Translations under genes and position numbers: made by a program
Shown here: one piece after another, positions 13,430 through 27,610 of the stretch
Numbering within the stretch: the first letter of the stretch is position 1
Layout: every line of letters starts with the position of its first letter
Source of the DNA: Dipteris shenzhenensis
Taxonomy: Eukaryota
Strand: one strand, 5' to 3'
Assembly (NCBI GenBank): GCA_047967505.1
Contig: CM106538.1
Length of the DNA stretch: 64,000 bases
Notes under the pieces: model-generated
Databases searched by the model: none
What the model was told of the DNA's origin: nothing
Seen by the model: the letters and a program-made list of their open reading frames with translations, nothing else

Positions 13430-15152
13430 CACACACGCACATTCATGCACACAGATGTATGTCCACGCATGCACATTGACAATGGAGAGGGAAGCTACAA
13501 GGAGATAATAAGCTACCGTTTTCAATAAAAGAAGACACTTGTACAACATATCTAGAAACCGCTTTCAATAGTAGAAGAAGCACAATGTCATATGTCAACC
13601 CCAAGGTACACTTTTGCATAGCTTGAGGAATCAAAATAAGCCCTAGCTCAATGTATGTGTTCCCATACACAACATCAAGTGATTCCCCTAATGAGAAGCT
13701 TCAAGGAAAAAAAGTTTCAAACATGCCATAATATAACCCATGCGTTACCATACACAATACTAAATGACCCCCCTAATGAGAAGCTACAAGAAGAAAGTCT
13801 AAAATAGGGCCTAGCTTAACCCTCATGTTACCATACACAACACCAAGTGACACCCCTAATGAAAAGATACAAGGAGAAAGTCCAAATAGATTAATACATA
13901 TGTTAGCTTACAAACAACAAGGCAAGCCATGAGAGGTGGTCTTGTCTCGTTATATCATGCTCAAGTTTGGCATATCTTCATTGTTTCCACTCACATTCAA
14001 GAAGCATAACAATTGAGTATAGGAGAAATGGCATAAAAAAAGAGGATGATAAATCTTGTTAGAGCAAAATTGCATGCTTGGACTCCATGAATTCACCATT
14101 GGATTCATATATTTATGTGATGTTGATGGTTATAGAAATCACAAGAAATATTGTTTAAGTTGTGGAGAGGGATAAGTCACATTGTCTAAGAAGGAAATAC
14201 ATATCTATTTCCAAACTATATCTATTATCAATAGATCTGAAGGTTCATAATGTAATAGTTGGCATTAAATTAAATACAGATTTGTTTTAAAAACTTGCAT
14301 TGACTCCGTATATTCATAGGCCTTTGAATTCACATATTCATGTGATGTGGATGCTTATAAGCTTTTTACTAGAGTTTAATGGAAATCACAAGAACTATTG
14401 TTTATTGTGTACATAGAAACATGGGATCGAAAATAGATTGAACTTTTATAATATAACATTGGATTGGCATTACATTAGGAAATCGTGGAGCTTGTGCATT
14501 ATGGGTTATTTCCATGTAATAAGATATGAGATGAAATCTCTTGCTATGAGGTAGGCCGTTGTTGTACGATGTGTCAATGGGAAGCAATGAGGGGTTAAAG
14601 TCTATATGTAGCCATAAGGAACGACTTTTTTTGGGCATGTATGGGCATTAGACAATGTGAACGTTCAAAAACAGGGGTGAAATGAAATGGTTTTTTTTTT
14701 TTTGGGTGGGGGGGTATGAGGTGTGGCACTCTATGTTTTCCTTTTACTTTTTTTGGGGGGGTTGGGGTTTGGCGTGGTGCACTATGGTGAGTGGTAAATA
14801 ACTTTAAAGATTATGAGGTGTGGTACCCTATGGTGAGAGGTAAATAATTTTTCCTTGAGATCGAAGAAGAGGATTTGAATGATTGAGCAAGGGCCATAAA
14901 GGTTGATGGAGCAAGGAAGAAAAGAGTAATAGTCTTTCATATGACCAAGTGTAGTGGACAAGAGAAGATCAAGGGCACCTTGGAGATGAAGAAGATTCTC
15001 ATTATTATATAAAACGAGTCCTCCTCAAGGAAGTCAAATTGTCTTCATAATTATATTGAAGAAAAGTATGAACATTTTAAAGAAATTTTGAAGAAATGAT
15101 TATGGCACCAATTTTGATGGATCCACAAACCACTCTTAAAAACATGATCCAA
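13430..15152 (+). repeat. Dispersed ~1.8 kb repeat, copy 1 (copy 2 at 25420-27296), preceded by a CA/CATG-rich tract
   Basis: Colinear match from CACGCATGCACATTGACAATGGAGAGGGAAGCTACAAGG to CCACTCTTAAAAACATGATCCAA. Internal subrepeat CATACACAAC..AAGTGA..CCCCTAATGAGAAGCTACAAG occurs 3 times. Confidence 0.9.
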
Positions 15153-16977
15153 CATGATCCAAGAAAGTCCATGTGAGGTTGACAAACACATCTTTAACTA
15201 TCCTAAGGTAGCTCGATTGACCTAGAATGACTGCTATCCTGGCTCCAACACCACATCAAGAATTGACTTGAATTGAGAGGCAACCCATTGATCAAGTAAT
15301 CGAGGCCTCATCATCAACTTAATTGATGCTCACCCAAACCCCATCGACTCTATTATTCAACCCTAGGCTTCATCATTGAAAGATAGTTCAAATGCCACAT
15401 CATCAACTCTACTCTCATCTCACCAAAGTGGAATTTCCATGTATATTTATTCAACCTCCAAGCCATAGCCACAATCCATGGGCAAGGTTCTCTTGTCAAG
15501 ATTTGTCCATTCATTAAAAAATCCCCATACTTTTGTCATGCTATCATCCAAGGGTTTTGACTCAGTTGCTCATCTTTAAATTCATGCCAAGGGTGATTGT
15601 TCACATTCTAAAAGTGACATTAGGCCTAATTTCCATGAACTAGGTAAAGATCAAGGCAAAGAAGATTCCTATCTGACCGGATTTTCACCATACGTCACCT
15701 TTCAAAGCACCTACCAAGTCAAGTCATGGGGTGAACTTACATTTGGAGGTTAGTATGTAATTTGGGTGTTAGCAAAGTCTATAGGGTATGAAGTAGCCAT
15801 TCGCCCCCCTCAAAATGAGTTTAAAAAAGATTAGTAACCATTCCTACCTCCATATAAATGGAGACTGAAGAAGTTGATGCAATTGAAAATAGAAGAGCTA
15901 AGTTGTTGAAATTTCATTGTTGAAAATATGCCACAAGATGCAATTTTTGCCTAACCCCTCCCCTCAATGAAGAAAAGTAATGACACAGAGTTCTTCATAG
16001 TAAAAATGAGGCCATTCCATTCATCGGAGGAGACTTGCAATCACATTTGCATCCACCTCTTTTTGGATCAATTCCACATTTTGTCCTGCAATGTCCATCA
16101 CACTCTCATCACACTGCATGGACATCAGTGATTCAACATATGCAAAGTCCAGTCAACCATATCAGGAAAGCACCTTCTCAATCAAGATATGACTCTATTA
16201 GAGCAAGTTGATCTATCCACAATAATCCCTCATCATTCTAGAAGACCCTCCAAGTTTGATGGAGAGGAAATCAAGGGAAAGTAGTTAAAAGGAAAGTCCA
16301 TCATTGTAAATTCTATTTGTATTCAATGAACTCTTGTACAAAGGGATATTTATGAAAATAGATTATCATTCTCTTTATATGCATGTTGCATTATGTATTG
16401 TTACCATTGAGACACATTGCTATAGTTCTCAAACAAGTGTTTAGAATGTTTAACTATTGTGATTTTTTATCTTATCAAGGCTAGCACAAATCCATTGCTA
16501 ATGCTCCACTTATTGGAACGTGGGTTATTTGTGTCTGTTGACTTCTAGTTGACACAAGAACCTGGCCGGGCATCGGACAAATAGATACCATGGTTTGCTT
16601 AGCAGGTAACCAAGCACCAAATAGTGGAGTTTTGGGTGGCAAGGAAAAGCAGTGTGCAGCACATTGACACCTTCCTTTCACACTTCCTTCTCTCTCAGCC
16701 CCATGACTCTCCCCTCCACCACCTTTGCCTTCTCTTTGGTCGATTCTACCCTAAAGCATTCCACTGTGCTTATGCTCATGGATGCTTTAAAGCAGCCTTG
16801 ACCTAAGGTGGACACCTTAGCGCTTGATTTCTTTTTTATAGAAGCTGCAGTTGAGCATGTCACAGAAAATCTCTTGCACTCACAAATTTGATCTCTTAGT
16901 ATGCAATGTCTTGTCTCTACAGAGGTACTTGAGGCCTTGGCTAAGACACTAAAAACTCAAGATTCTTGATGGTGGAA

Positions 16978-17008
<31 letters not shown>

Positions 17009-17011
<3 letters not shown>

Positions 17012-20000
17012 TGCACACGATATAGCTACCTGTACACTAAGTGTATTGAACATGAACATGAAGATATACATGTGAACCCCTTAGGGTTAGGGTTTGCCCC
17101 TATGCCCTATGTAGATGGTGCAATTTACACCATCCTTAACACCCCCTCTTAAATTGCATTGGGTAAGTAAAGGGTGCCTATATAAGACCTTTTTGTGGAT
17201 TTCATTTGGTGCATATGCTAGCATCCAAAACTGAAAAGAAATCAGAGTAGTATGTGCATATGTGAGCACAATGGTTGTGGATGCATGTTCAATGAGTACA
17301 ACTTATGTGATCCTGTACATATCGTGCATTTCCCCTCTTAAGTTGTGGGTCATCCTTTGCCTTTGGGAATAAAACCCAGAAGATAGGCCGAAAGAAAGAG
17401 GAAGAAAATATGTAGAAAGTAAAGTCCACCAGGATCAAAGACTGGTCGATCGAAAGATGACTACATGAATGACTATGTGTATGGCTACATGTTGAACATG
17501 TCATAAGTTGCTATAGACTGTGCAACTACTCTGAGGCATCCAGATGTGAGGCTAGTTGATATAGCGATGGAGAAAGAATCCGGTAGGTTGTGACATACGA
17601 GAGTGTCACCAATCCAAAAGAAGTGACAACAATGTGTAAGGTATGCTGCAGTAGAGCTATAATCTCTGTCGAATGATGCGGGGTTGAAGAAGACCACATA
17701 GTCGATGTGGACAGAGTGATCTAGGGGCTGAAAATCTAGGGCTAAACGTGTAGGTGTGATACACTCCTCTCTTGATGAAGAGACCCGTAATACTAACAAG
17801 GTATGGCAACCTGTCAAACCTATATGCTCAGCTGCTATCATGAGTTGCTCATCTGCTATGCGCATGGCTAAACATCCATCGGCATGGGATGCAGCATTTA
17901 TCATAGGCTCATCAAGAAGGAGCCAACAGTGCTCCAACAGTGTAAAGGCCTAAAAGCCTAAAATAGAACTGAGAATGCATAAGATATCCCTAAGGCATAT
18001 GAGGTGCCAAATGGATGCTGATGAAGGGGCTGATCTCTAATCCTTGATCCAACCACCAATCTGCATCAAGTATGGACTATATACGACAGCCATATGTGCA
18101 TGCTGAAACATTGAGTCTCCCAAGGTTGCACTATGGCTGAACCTGATGATGTCCACTACACTGGGGCAGGACCGCACTAATGCATAGGTATCCTTGTGCT
18201 GAGGAATGATCTGCTGATCAAAGGAGGCGGTGATCACTGTGGATGCAAGGGTGGTGCAATGTGGCATGATTGAGCCAATGCTGGAATGTCTTGAAGACTG
18301 ATGTGCTGATCTGTACTAATGGAAGGAACTATGTCCATAACCAATGCACTATGGCATATATCTTCCACATGCAGCTAGAGATGTGAGTGCCTCGTACTGA
18401 GGACTTACTACATAAAAACTATATGATCATAACTGAACTCCTGCTGAGTATCTGCATCCGTGTCAAAGGATGGAGTCGGATCCATGCATGAATGTGATGG
18501 ATGTACATCACTAGAATCAGACTGTGCTGATGTAGATGAGACTGCCTCGTACTGAGGACTTACCATCAAATATGCCTCGTGCTGAGGGCTTACTGTCGAA
18601 TGTGCCTCATGCTGAGGGATTACCAAGGAATGTGCCTCGTGTTGAGGGTTTATCGACAAGTGTGCATGATTAGAAGCTACAGGTTGATCCAGGCTAAGAT
18701 CTGAAACATCTGCATCTGATCTCTCAAGGCCAATGAGGCTCGAGTCACTGTCATAAACCAGTACATATCCTGTGGCAAGGAATGGTCGAAGAAGGTTCTC
18801 TTTCCACTCATGGTCTCGTATGGATTCATGATTGGTGTATCATCAATTGCGTGATGGGAATAACTCCATGCTGGAGGCGGTCTGGTGCTCTCTTCAAGAG
18901 GCTTACCCGTGTACCGAGACGAGAGTGTCTACCCATGAGAACATTGTAAAAGAGCTGCCACTGGGGGGGCTTACGCTAAACTATCAAAACCAAGTCATGT
19001 GAGAACTATGTATGCCAAAGATCAAGCCTGTAATGTGATGACAACTACGTGTTGGGATAGCCAAAAGGCTGTACAAGGATTATGTGTATGTGTGCAAGAA
19101 CCAATGCAAAAAATAGTCAACAATGTGTGACTTTTACATGGGTGGCATGTGTGCAAATGTGTGCAATGATCCTGAATTCAAGGAAGATCACTCTGCCAAG
19201 TGTCACACTAAGATGCTGAAGTGCGAAATGCCAAGAGAATTGAATGGGTGTTAGATATGTGAATGTGTACATCGATGATAGAATCGCATGGACTGACGCC
19301 AGTGGGAACTGATCGGGTGATGTGGCAATGGTTGACTTTGCTTGGTGGAGTTGGATCTCCTTTATGGCGATGCTAGTCTATAGCTAGACTACGCATCAAA
19401 GCGTGAATGCAGCAAATGAATTTTATTTGGATTCATTTTAAGTGCTGGGTACGCTACAAAGGATCAGGAGGTGGTTCTAATGATGAGGATTTGATGATTC
19501 TCGCTTATGAAAATGTCAAATGGGAGATTTGAGGTGCTCACCGTGTAGAGCACAATCTGGCGGTCATTTTTCCTTGTTACAGCTTTGTGAAATTCCCTTT
19601 GGATCAAAAGATATGGCCATCTAAAAAATGTGCCAAATCTTTGGCCAAGGGAGTGCAAAAATGATAATGTGGCCAATGTGGTGACATGGCAGACTGAGGG
19701 TCTCATGCTGTGTGCAAAAGTGCACCAGTGTGGCACTCAATGCTTAGGAGGTATTGTTGATGTGGCATTGCCACATGGAATGACTCCCACATGGCAAGAT
19801 TGGCCAATGATTAGACCCAAGGTCAATTTACCTAACCTAGGTGTAACTTGTCCTAACCCAAGTGTAGCTTGAACTAACCCACGTGTAGCTTGACCAAAGC
19901 TTATGGAGTAGCTGCCCTTACCACACATCTGCCACGTGGACGTGGGCAAGGTAATTAGGACAAGGTGGCACGTGTCTTTTTGCTAAGGCTTGGAGAACAA

Positions 20001-21240
20001 GGTTCAGCTTCTTGACGATGGAGATGAAGGCGGAGGTGGTGGTTATGGGAGTTGGCGTCTGGCTGAAGGTGCTTGTAGAGAGCCGTTGGAGCCGCTGAGT
20101 GGGCTGCGCCTCTGATCTCGCTAGTGTGGATGAACTGTGAGGAGACGTTGCGAGGTGTGTCGCATGGGCCGTGAGTCATCGATGGCTTAGCTGTTGGAGG
20201 CGTCAATGGAGTTTTGCTAGGGTTGTGAGTCGGTTGAAGCAGAGGAGCGTGTTGGAGTCGTCTGGCAATTAGCCGAGATTCGCCTTGCAAGCATGTGTTG
20301 CAGGTCGTAGGAGCTAAGGATGAGCACCCGAGGCATTGGAGACCCTGCAGTTAGCCGAGCTACATGGAGATAGAAGAGTTGTTGATGACGCCATTGCTTG
20401 CAGGAGGCTGAGGCGTTGGCTGGCTAGAGCAATATCCAGAGAAGTTGGTCATTGAAGACGTCAAGGGCAAGTGCGCATTTGGACTTTGGAGGCGATTCGT
20501 CATCAGACTATGGCTGTTGGAAGCGCCAAGTCGCTAAGAGAGCTCTGTGAAGGTCGCCAGGCTGTAGAGGCTATAGATAGCATAGCTCCCGCTTGAAGCT
20601 GCCAGTCGAAGGTCCTAAATTTTTTGTTCAGGAAGCCGAGCTTGCTATAGATCTCCACAAGCCTTTGCTTGCCTTAGCTAGTAGGTTGGGAGTCCCTATG
20701 CTTCCTCATAAAGAAGTCTCAAGAGCTCTCTTCCTCTTTCTCAAGAGAGAGAATGGGCTCACAAAATCTCTCTCTCGCCATGAAATCTCTCTCTCAAAAT
20801 GAAGAGCAAAGCATTGATGAAATTGAACACTCGCAATCTCACTAAAATGATCATATCTCAAGCTCTCGGAAGCGGATTCTTGAGCTTTCTGAACCGAAAC
20901 GAAGATGGAGAAGAGTTCTTCAAGAAGAGGTAGAGATGGAATGGAGATGCCTCAAAGGAGAGGGCTTTTGCCTTGATGAAGCAATAACTTTTACTCTCTC
21001 TGACAAAAATCTCTCTCAATGGAAGATGCCTCACACAAGGAGGGCTTGACACTCACGAAGGGAGTGGCAGCACCTGGTGCTTTGATAACATGATAGCGGA
21101 AGTGAGAGAGGAGTGCACATGATATAGCTACCTGTACAGTAAGTGTATTGAACATGAACATGAAGACATACATGTGAACCCCTTAGGGTTCGGATTAGGG
21201 TTTGCCCCTATGCCCTATGTAGATGGTGCAATTTACACCA
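17009..21240 (-). mobile_element. Non-autonomous LTR element remnant (LARD-like), minus strand
   Basis: On the minus strand, PPT AAGAGGGGG is followed by TGTTAAGGATGGTGTAAATTGCACC at 17141 (3' LTR start, cut by (AG)n at ~17008). The same LTR sequence restarts at ~21240. No gag/pol motifs were recognised internally. Confidence 0.55.
18543..18662. repeat. 30-bp minisatellite, 4 units (extra copy at ~18388)
   Basis: TGCCTCGTRCTGAGGGYTTA plus a variable ~10 bp; reads as PQHEAHS-type decapeptides on the minus strand. Confidence 0.85.
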
Positions 21241-22645
21241 TGGAGGTGCACAATTGTCTTCATTCAAGACGGTCTCATCAAAGAGTTTGGTTGTCTCTAC
21301 TCAAGCTGTGGATCTAGCTTGCAGATCCAAGCTTCAAGAATTTGATGCTGGCAAATGTTGATTGGGAAGCTGTTTAGGGTCATTCCGCCCTCGAGTTTTC
21401 ATATCTGGGTATTTGTTCCAAAATTGCTTGATGGGGCTACTTGGAATTGGGATATATCATAATCATTTATTTTGGTGTAATCAAACATGGGTGTGCGATT
21501 AAGATCATTCAGGTCTTAATATTGAAAATCAAAGATCATGTCCATTACTGCTGATGGCATCTCATGTGGTGTTGGAGGTAATGGCGGTGCATGAAGAGAA
21601 GTTGGGGCAATGGGGAGCAATATGAAAGGGGGCTAATAATGGGAGGGATATATGAGGGGAGTGGAGGGAGAATTGAGCAAATGGATTGAGCAACTTGGTA
21701 ATCTTTGGTGGTAGGATTAGCAATAGAAGGAAAGAAGTTAGGAGTGAGGCCTGGTAAGTTTAGAATTTTGGGTGAGGTGGAAGTCATGAGAAGCATGAGC
21801 AAAGAGGTAGAGATTTGATTGGAGATCGGGAAAGGTTAAAGAGGGGGTAGCAGTTAGGGGGAGTGAGGTTAGGAGATTGACATAGAGAATGGTGAGATAT
21901 GGCAAGTTAGAGGTGGGGAGAGAGAGAGAGAGAGAGGGCAAGTAATCCTACGACACATCTTTTTATTTGTGAGATGGGATCATTAGCTACAAGGGGGGGA
22001 TGGTGGAGAGGTCATTTCATGTGGATAAGATTGAGGGCTTTTGGAGTGGAGGTAGCAAACCATTGATGACCCTGAGGGGAGAACTGCCCATAAGGCAACC
22101 ATAAGGCATACATATGCAACGAAAGCATCAGTCTTGAGTGACAGAATTAAGAAAGAGGAAATGAGAGGGAAGGAGGGAAATGAACAGGAAAAAGGGTGGA
22201 AGAGGTGGAGAAAAGGGTAGGTGACGGAAATAAAAACAAATCTTGATGGAAATTTTACAATGATGGGAATCTTGATGAAATTAGAGAAGGAGGTCACCTT
22301 TAATTACTTTCCAAAATCTTTCTCGATGTTTCAAGATGGTCGAAGAAGAGAATGGACGGTGGGTGGATAGCTAGGACATTGCTGCGAGAAGGGCTCGATG
22401 TATAGCTTGAGAGATGAGGATGTGAGTAAGGTGGAGTTCGATGTAGAGTGAGGAAGGTCTTGCGTGGGGTTGAGAATTTGGAAGAGGAGGGTGGCTAGAT
22501 GTGGAAGAAGGAGAATGATGGGGGTATGGATTTAGTAGACTCTTATGGACCTTAAAATTTGCCCACGTTTGGATGGGAAGGATATTTTGAATATTTCAAA
22601 TCCCTTTTTGGCCTGCAAGGGTCTAAGGGATGGACAGATTAGTTT

Positions 22646-23195
22646 CTTGCTAATCACGTCCATCCCACTTCTTTCAATTCATGTGGTCAATTTGACCAGT
22701 TTAAGTTTTGTTTTAGTGGTTGTTTAAGGCTTTCTAGTGTGCTCCTAATGTGTCGTTAGGATTAAATTTTTGTCCTCTTGTGGAGATCCTAAATGCTTTT
22801 GTCTTTTGTTGGGTATTTCTCTCTAGAGATGGAGGCTCTCTTTGTCTCTTGTATGACACCACTCTTGCCAAATAGCCACGTCCCCACTTTTATTTTATTG
22901 GTCCATCCACCACACAGAGACACACACCTCTTCCACCTCTTTTCGATCCTCTCTTTCACTCATCTACCTAGATTAAAATCCTAGGGAGGCTCAAAAGGAA
23001 ACAACATGACAAGATAGATGGTCAAAGACAAGCGATACCATTCCATTAGAGGATACCAATCAAATAATTTCACTCCATACCACTCTTCTCACATCACTCT
23101 AGTACTCTACGTGCCCCTTTTTATCGAGCTACTTTACACTTACACTTATATTGACATTCCAAAAGGTAGGGCCTTAGTGGGATCCCCACTTTGTT
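22646..23195 (+). mobile_element. Short non-autonomous repeat, putative Helentron-derived element; second copy at 60988-61700
   Basis: TTGCTAATCA..TCCA..CCACTTCTTTCA..TTCATGTGGTCAATTTGACCAG start is shared with 60988. Ends GGCCTTAGTGGGATCCCCAC, like the Helentron 3' end. Confidence 0.6.
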
Positions 23196-25419
23196 GTTGT
23201 GGATAGAGTTTTGGTGCACTTACTACCTCTAACCTTCCATTGTCCATAACTTCTCATGGGTATATCGGATCGCTCTTTTGTACAATGAGAAACATTCAAA
23301 ATTTTGAGCTCTACGCATTGGTACCCATGTTATAGCCTAATTTGTTATTTCAATGGCTATTTTTAAAGAAACATAAAATTCTTATGCCACTAAACCAAAG
23401 GGTTCCACTAAGGATTATTGATTTTGGCTAGAGTTGAGCTCTCGAAGCCCCTAAGTGGTATGAAAATCATAGTTCACTTCAGGTTTATTATTTTCACACA
23501 TGCTTATATATATTTACTTCAACCTATTCTGTGTCATGTGCAAGTTTGTGAGGGTTTTTGTCATCTATAGATATATAGGTGTCGTTGTCGTTGTAGTATA
23601 TGTGTAGCTTATGACCTGGGGTTGTATTGCAGTAAGAGACGTAGGCTCAAGTATGTAAAATAAATGTTGTGCATGCTTGCATGATAGAATCATCCATCAA
23701 CATGATTGAGGTAATGAAGGCTTTTACCTCCATTAGGAGTTTAAGGTTTAGAAGGAGGTTCTAGGGTTAAGAAGGAGGTTTCAAGGTTTAGAAGGAGGTT
23801 CCAAGGTTAGAAGGAGGTTCTAGGGTTCATAATAGAGTACAGCGTGGAGAACTGATCTCCCTCATAGATCTTGGAGTATAAGTGTTGAGAAACTAATCTA
23901 GGATCGTAAGGGTTTAGGAGAAGCATAGGAGTGGGAGAGAAGGAATGTGTAAGAGCAAAGGGGTAGGAGGACAAAGAGGAGAAGGCAGGATGAGAGAGAG
24001 GGAGGAGGAGTTGCAAGGCTGGAGGAGGGGGGAGTAGGAGACAAGGGTAGGACATGCTATTGGATGTTGATAGTGCAAGGGAGCATGGACACTAAGAGAC
24101 AATTGTACAAGAACACCAAAGTTGAACTGAACACAATGCCCCAAAGGGTGTGGGCTTCATTCCATCATGATATATTTATACAAGTTTGGAGATATTCTCT
24201 CTTAGCATGTAGGAATTGTAGGATTTTCTCTCTCTACATGTAGGAAAAGGATGCGCATATAGAAATCGCATGTAGGATGCACATATAGGAATTGCATGTA
24301 AGATGCGCATATAGGATTCATAAGAGAGATTCCTCAGAGATTATTCCTAGGCTCATGTAAGTACAAGTGGAGCTTTGCCACTACTCTACACACCCATTTT
24401 GTGATCTTTGAGTCCTCGTTGACACAGAGTTAACAGTGTGCAAGCACATATTCACTCTCCCTATTCACTCAATCTATTAATAAAACTCGTCTCTCCCTGC
24501 CACCTTGCCACTCTCCCTATCACCTTGCCTCACCCTACTTTGTTCTCCTCCTCCTTCCTCGACCCTCCACCTCTACCTCCCTCCCTCTCTTGCCTCCACC
24601 CACCTTCTCTCGCTCCATCTCCTCACTTCTCACCCTCCACCTCCCTCCCCCCTCCTTCGCTCTCCCTCTTTCTCCCTTCACCTCTCCCTCTGCAGTAGCC
24701 TCTCCCCCTCTCCCTCTCTATCTCTATGTCCCTGCTCACCACAACTCAAACACATTTCCTGCCTCCTCTCTATATACTTGCGCAATGAAGGTTCTCCACA
24801 AAGACTTTATGGAATCAACTCGATGCGCCCATTAATCAACTTAGGCATAAGGTAAAATTTTCCACTCGCAACTCGAGGCGACTAATAAATGAATAAAACT
24901 CATCGTGGGGGCCTGTAGACACACACACACTCACGCGCACATGGACACACATATGCATAAGCATATGTGTGTGCATGTGCACATGTAGACACACATGCCC
25001 ATGCTCCCATCCATGCATGCACATATAATCTTGGGGGATACACTTCTAGAAAATCTACCCATCCATGCATGCACATATAATCTTGGGGGATGCACTACTA
25101 GAAAATCTACCCAAAACATGCATAACATTTTAACCACTACTTACGTACAGTCCCAAATCTCTTTCTCTATATGAAATTTTAATATTTTGGACCTTATGAC
25201 TTGAAAAACCACTTTTGTATGTATATTTTTATGCATTTTATAGATTAAAAAGTTGCTTATGTTAAATGAGACATCCTATGGTTACTCTCTACACACATAC
25301 GTGCACGTACGTGTGCGTGTGCGCACACGTGCACACACACACGCATGCGCATGAGCACACACGCACATGCATGCATGCATGCACACACACATGAACGCAC
25401 GCACACATACACATATGTA

Positions 25420-27296
25420 CACGCATGCACATTGACAATGGAGAGGGAAGCTACAAGGAGAGAAGCTACCATTTTCAATAAAAGACGACACTTGTACAAC
25501 ATATCTAGAACCGTTTTCAATACTAGAAGAAGCACAATGTCATATGTCGACCCCAAGGTACACTTTTGCATAGCTTGAGGAATAAAAATAAGCCCTAGCT
25601 TAATGTATGTGTTCCCATACACAACATCAAGTGATTCCCCTAATGAGAAGCTACAAGGAGAAAAAGTTTCAAACATGCCATAATATAACCCATGCGTTAA
25701 CATACACAATGCTAAATGACCCCCCTAATGAGAAGCTACAAGAAGAAAGTCTAAAGTAGGGCCTAACTTAACCCTCATGTTACCATACACAACAAGTGAC
25801 ACCCCTAACGACAAGCTACAAGGAGAAAGTCCAAAAAGTACCTCATAGATTAATACATATGTAGAAACAACAAGGCAAGCCATGAGAGGTGGTCTTGTCT
25901 TGTTATATCATGCTCAAGCTTGGCATATCTTCATTGTTTCCACTCATGTTCAAGAAGCATAACAATTGAGTATAGGAGAAATGGCATAAAAAGGAGGATG
26001 ATAAATCTTGTTAGAGCAAATTTTGCTATAAAAGCGTGCTTTGACTCCATGAATTCACCATTGGATTCAATTTATGTGATGTTGATGGTTATAGAAATCA
26101 CAAGAAATATTGTTTAAGTTGTGGGGAGGGATAAGTCACATTGTCTAAGAAGGAAATACATATTGTCTAAGAAGGAAATACATATCTATTCCCAAACTAT
26201 ATATATTATCAATAGATGTGAAGGTTCATAACGTAACACTTGGCATTAAATTAAATATTCAAAAACTTGCTTTGACTCCATATATTCATAGGCCTTTGAA
26301 TTAACATATTCATGTGATGTGGATGCTTATAAGCATTTTACTAGAGTTTTATGGAAATCACAGGAACTATTGTTTATTGGGTAAATAGAAAACATGGGAT
26401 GGAAAATAGATTGAACTTTTATAATGTAGCATTGAATTGGCATTACATTAGGATATGATGGAGCTTGTGCATTATGGGTTATTTCCATGTAATAAGATAT
26501 GAGATGAAATCTCTTGCTATGAGGTAGGCCGTTGTTGTACGATGCGTCAATGGGAAGCAATGAGGGTTAAAATCTATGTGCAGCCATAAGGAAGGACGTT
26601 TTTTGGGCATTAGATGATGTAAACATTCAAAAACAAGGGTGGAATGAAATGATTTTTTTTCTTTTTTTTTTTGGGGGGGGGGGGGAGGGGTATGAGGTGC
26701 TCTATGTTTTTCTTTTGCTTTTTTTTGGGGGGGTTGAGGTTCAGTGTAGTGCACTATGGTGAGTGGGAAATAATGTTAAAGATTATGAGGTGTGGTACCC
26801 TATGGTGAGAGGTAAATAAATTTTCCTTGAGATCGAAGAAGAGGATATGAATGATTGAGCAAGGGCCATAGAGGTTGATGGAGCAAGGAAGAAATGAGTA
26901 ATAGTCTTTCATATGACGAAGTGTAGTGGACAAGAGAAGATCAAGGGCACCTTGGAGATGAAGAAGATTCTCATTATTATATAAAACGAGTCCTCCTCAA
27001 GGAAGTCACATTGTCCTCATAATTATACGAGAAAAGTTTGAACATTTTAAAGGAAGAAATGAGTAATAGTCTTTCATATGACGAAGTGTAGTGGACAAGA
27101 GAAGATCAAGGGCACCTTGGAGATGAAGAAGATTCTCATTATCATACAAAATGAGTCCTCCTCAAGGAAGTCACATTGTCTTCATAATTATACTAAGAAA
27201 TGTTTGAACATTTTAAAGGAATTGAATTCATTTGAAGAAATGATTATGGCATAAATTTTGATGGATCTACAAACCACTCTTAAAAACATGATCCAA
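25420..27296 (+). repeat. Dispersed ~1.8 kb repeat, copy 2, with a private ~165 bp tandem duplication (~26886-27220)
   Basis: Direct-repeat match to 13430-15152. AAGGAAGAAATGAGTAATAGTC...GAACATTTTAAA occurs twice in tandem only in this copy. Confidence 0.9.
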
Positions 27297-27384
27297 GGAT
27301 GAACATGATGAGTGAACCGCGTAGGGAATGTAAATATGGGTGTGTTGTTGCTTGTTGTAGGTTGAAGGAAAGAGGGAGTGACAT

Positions 27385-27610
27385 CAGCCCTCAAATTTGA
27401 AGGCCTTCCCTAACCTTCATATTGAAGGACAAAATCTGTCATTGGCCTTCAAAAGTAAGTAAATAGGGGTAAATACATCTATTTATATGCAAAAATTTGC
27501 AGCCTTGTTCAATTGTTGGCCTTCATTTGCAACCTCAATTTTTCCAATGGCCTTCCCTAGAATGCCTAAAGGGCTTTGAAGGTCGTTGAAGGCTTCAAAT
27601 TTCAAGGCTG
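27385..27610. mobile_element. hAT-type MITE, 226 bp
   Basis: TIRs CAGCCCTCAAATTTGAAGGCCTTC and rc CAGCCTTGAAATTTGAAGCCTTC; perfect 8-bp TSD AGTGACAT (27377-27384 and 27611-27618). Confidence 0.85.

Noticed and set aside
13023-13549. Overlapping His/Thr- and Cys/Val-rich ORFs (also 25257-25709)
   Set aside because: Artefacts of CA/CATG simple repeats that lack stop codons.
18388-18662. CRISPR-like look: constant palindromic ~21 bp plus a variable spacer
   Set aside because: Spacers are only ~10 bp and related to each other, the period is 30 bp, the context is a eukaryotic retroelement and there are no cas genes; it is a minisatellite.
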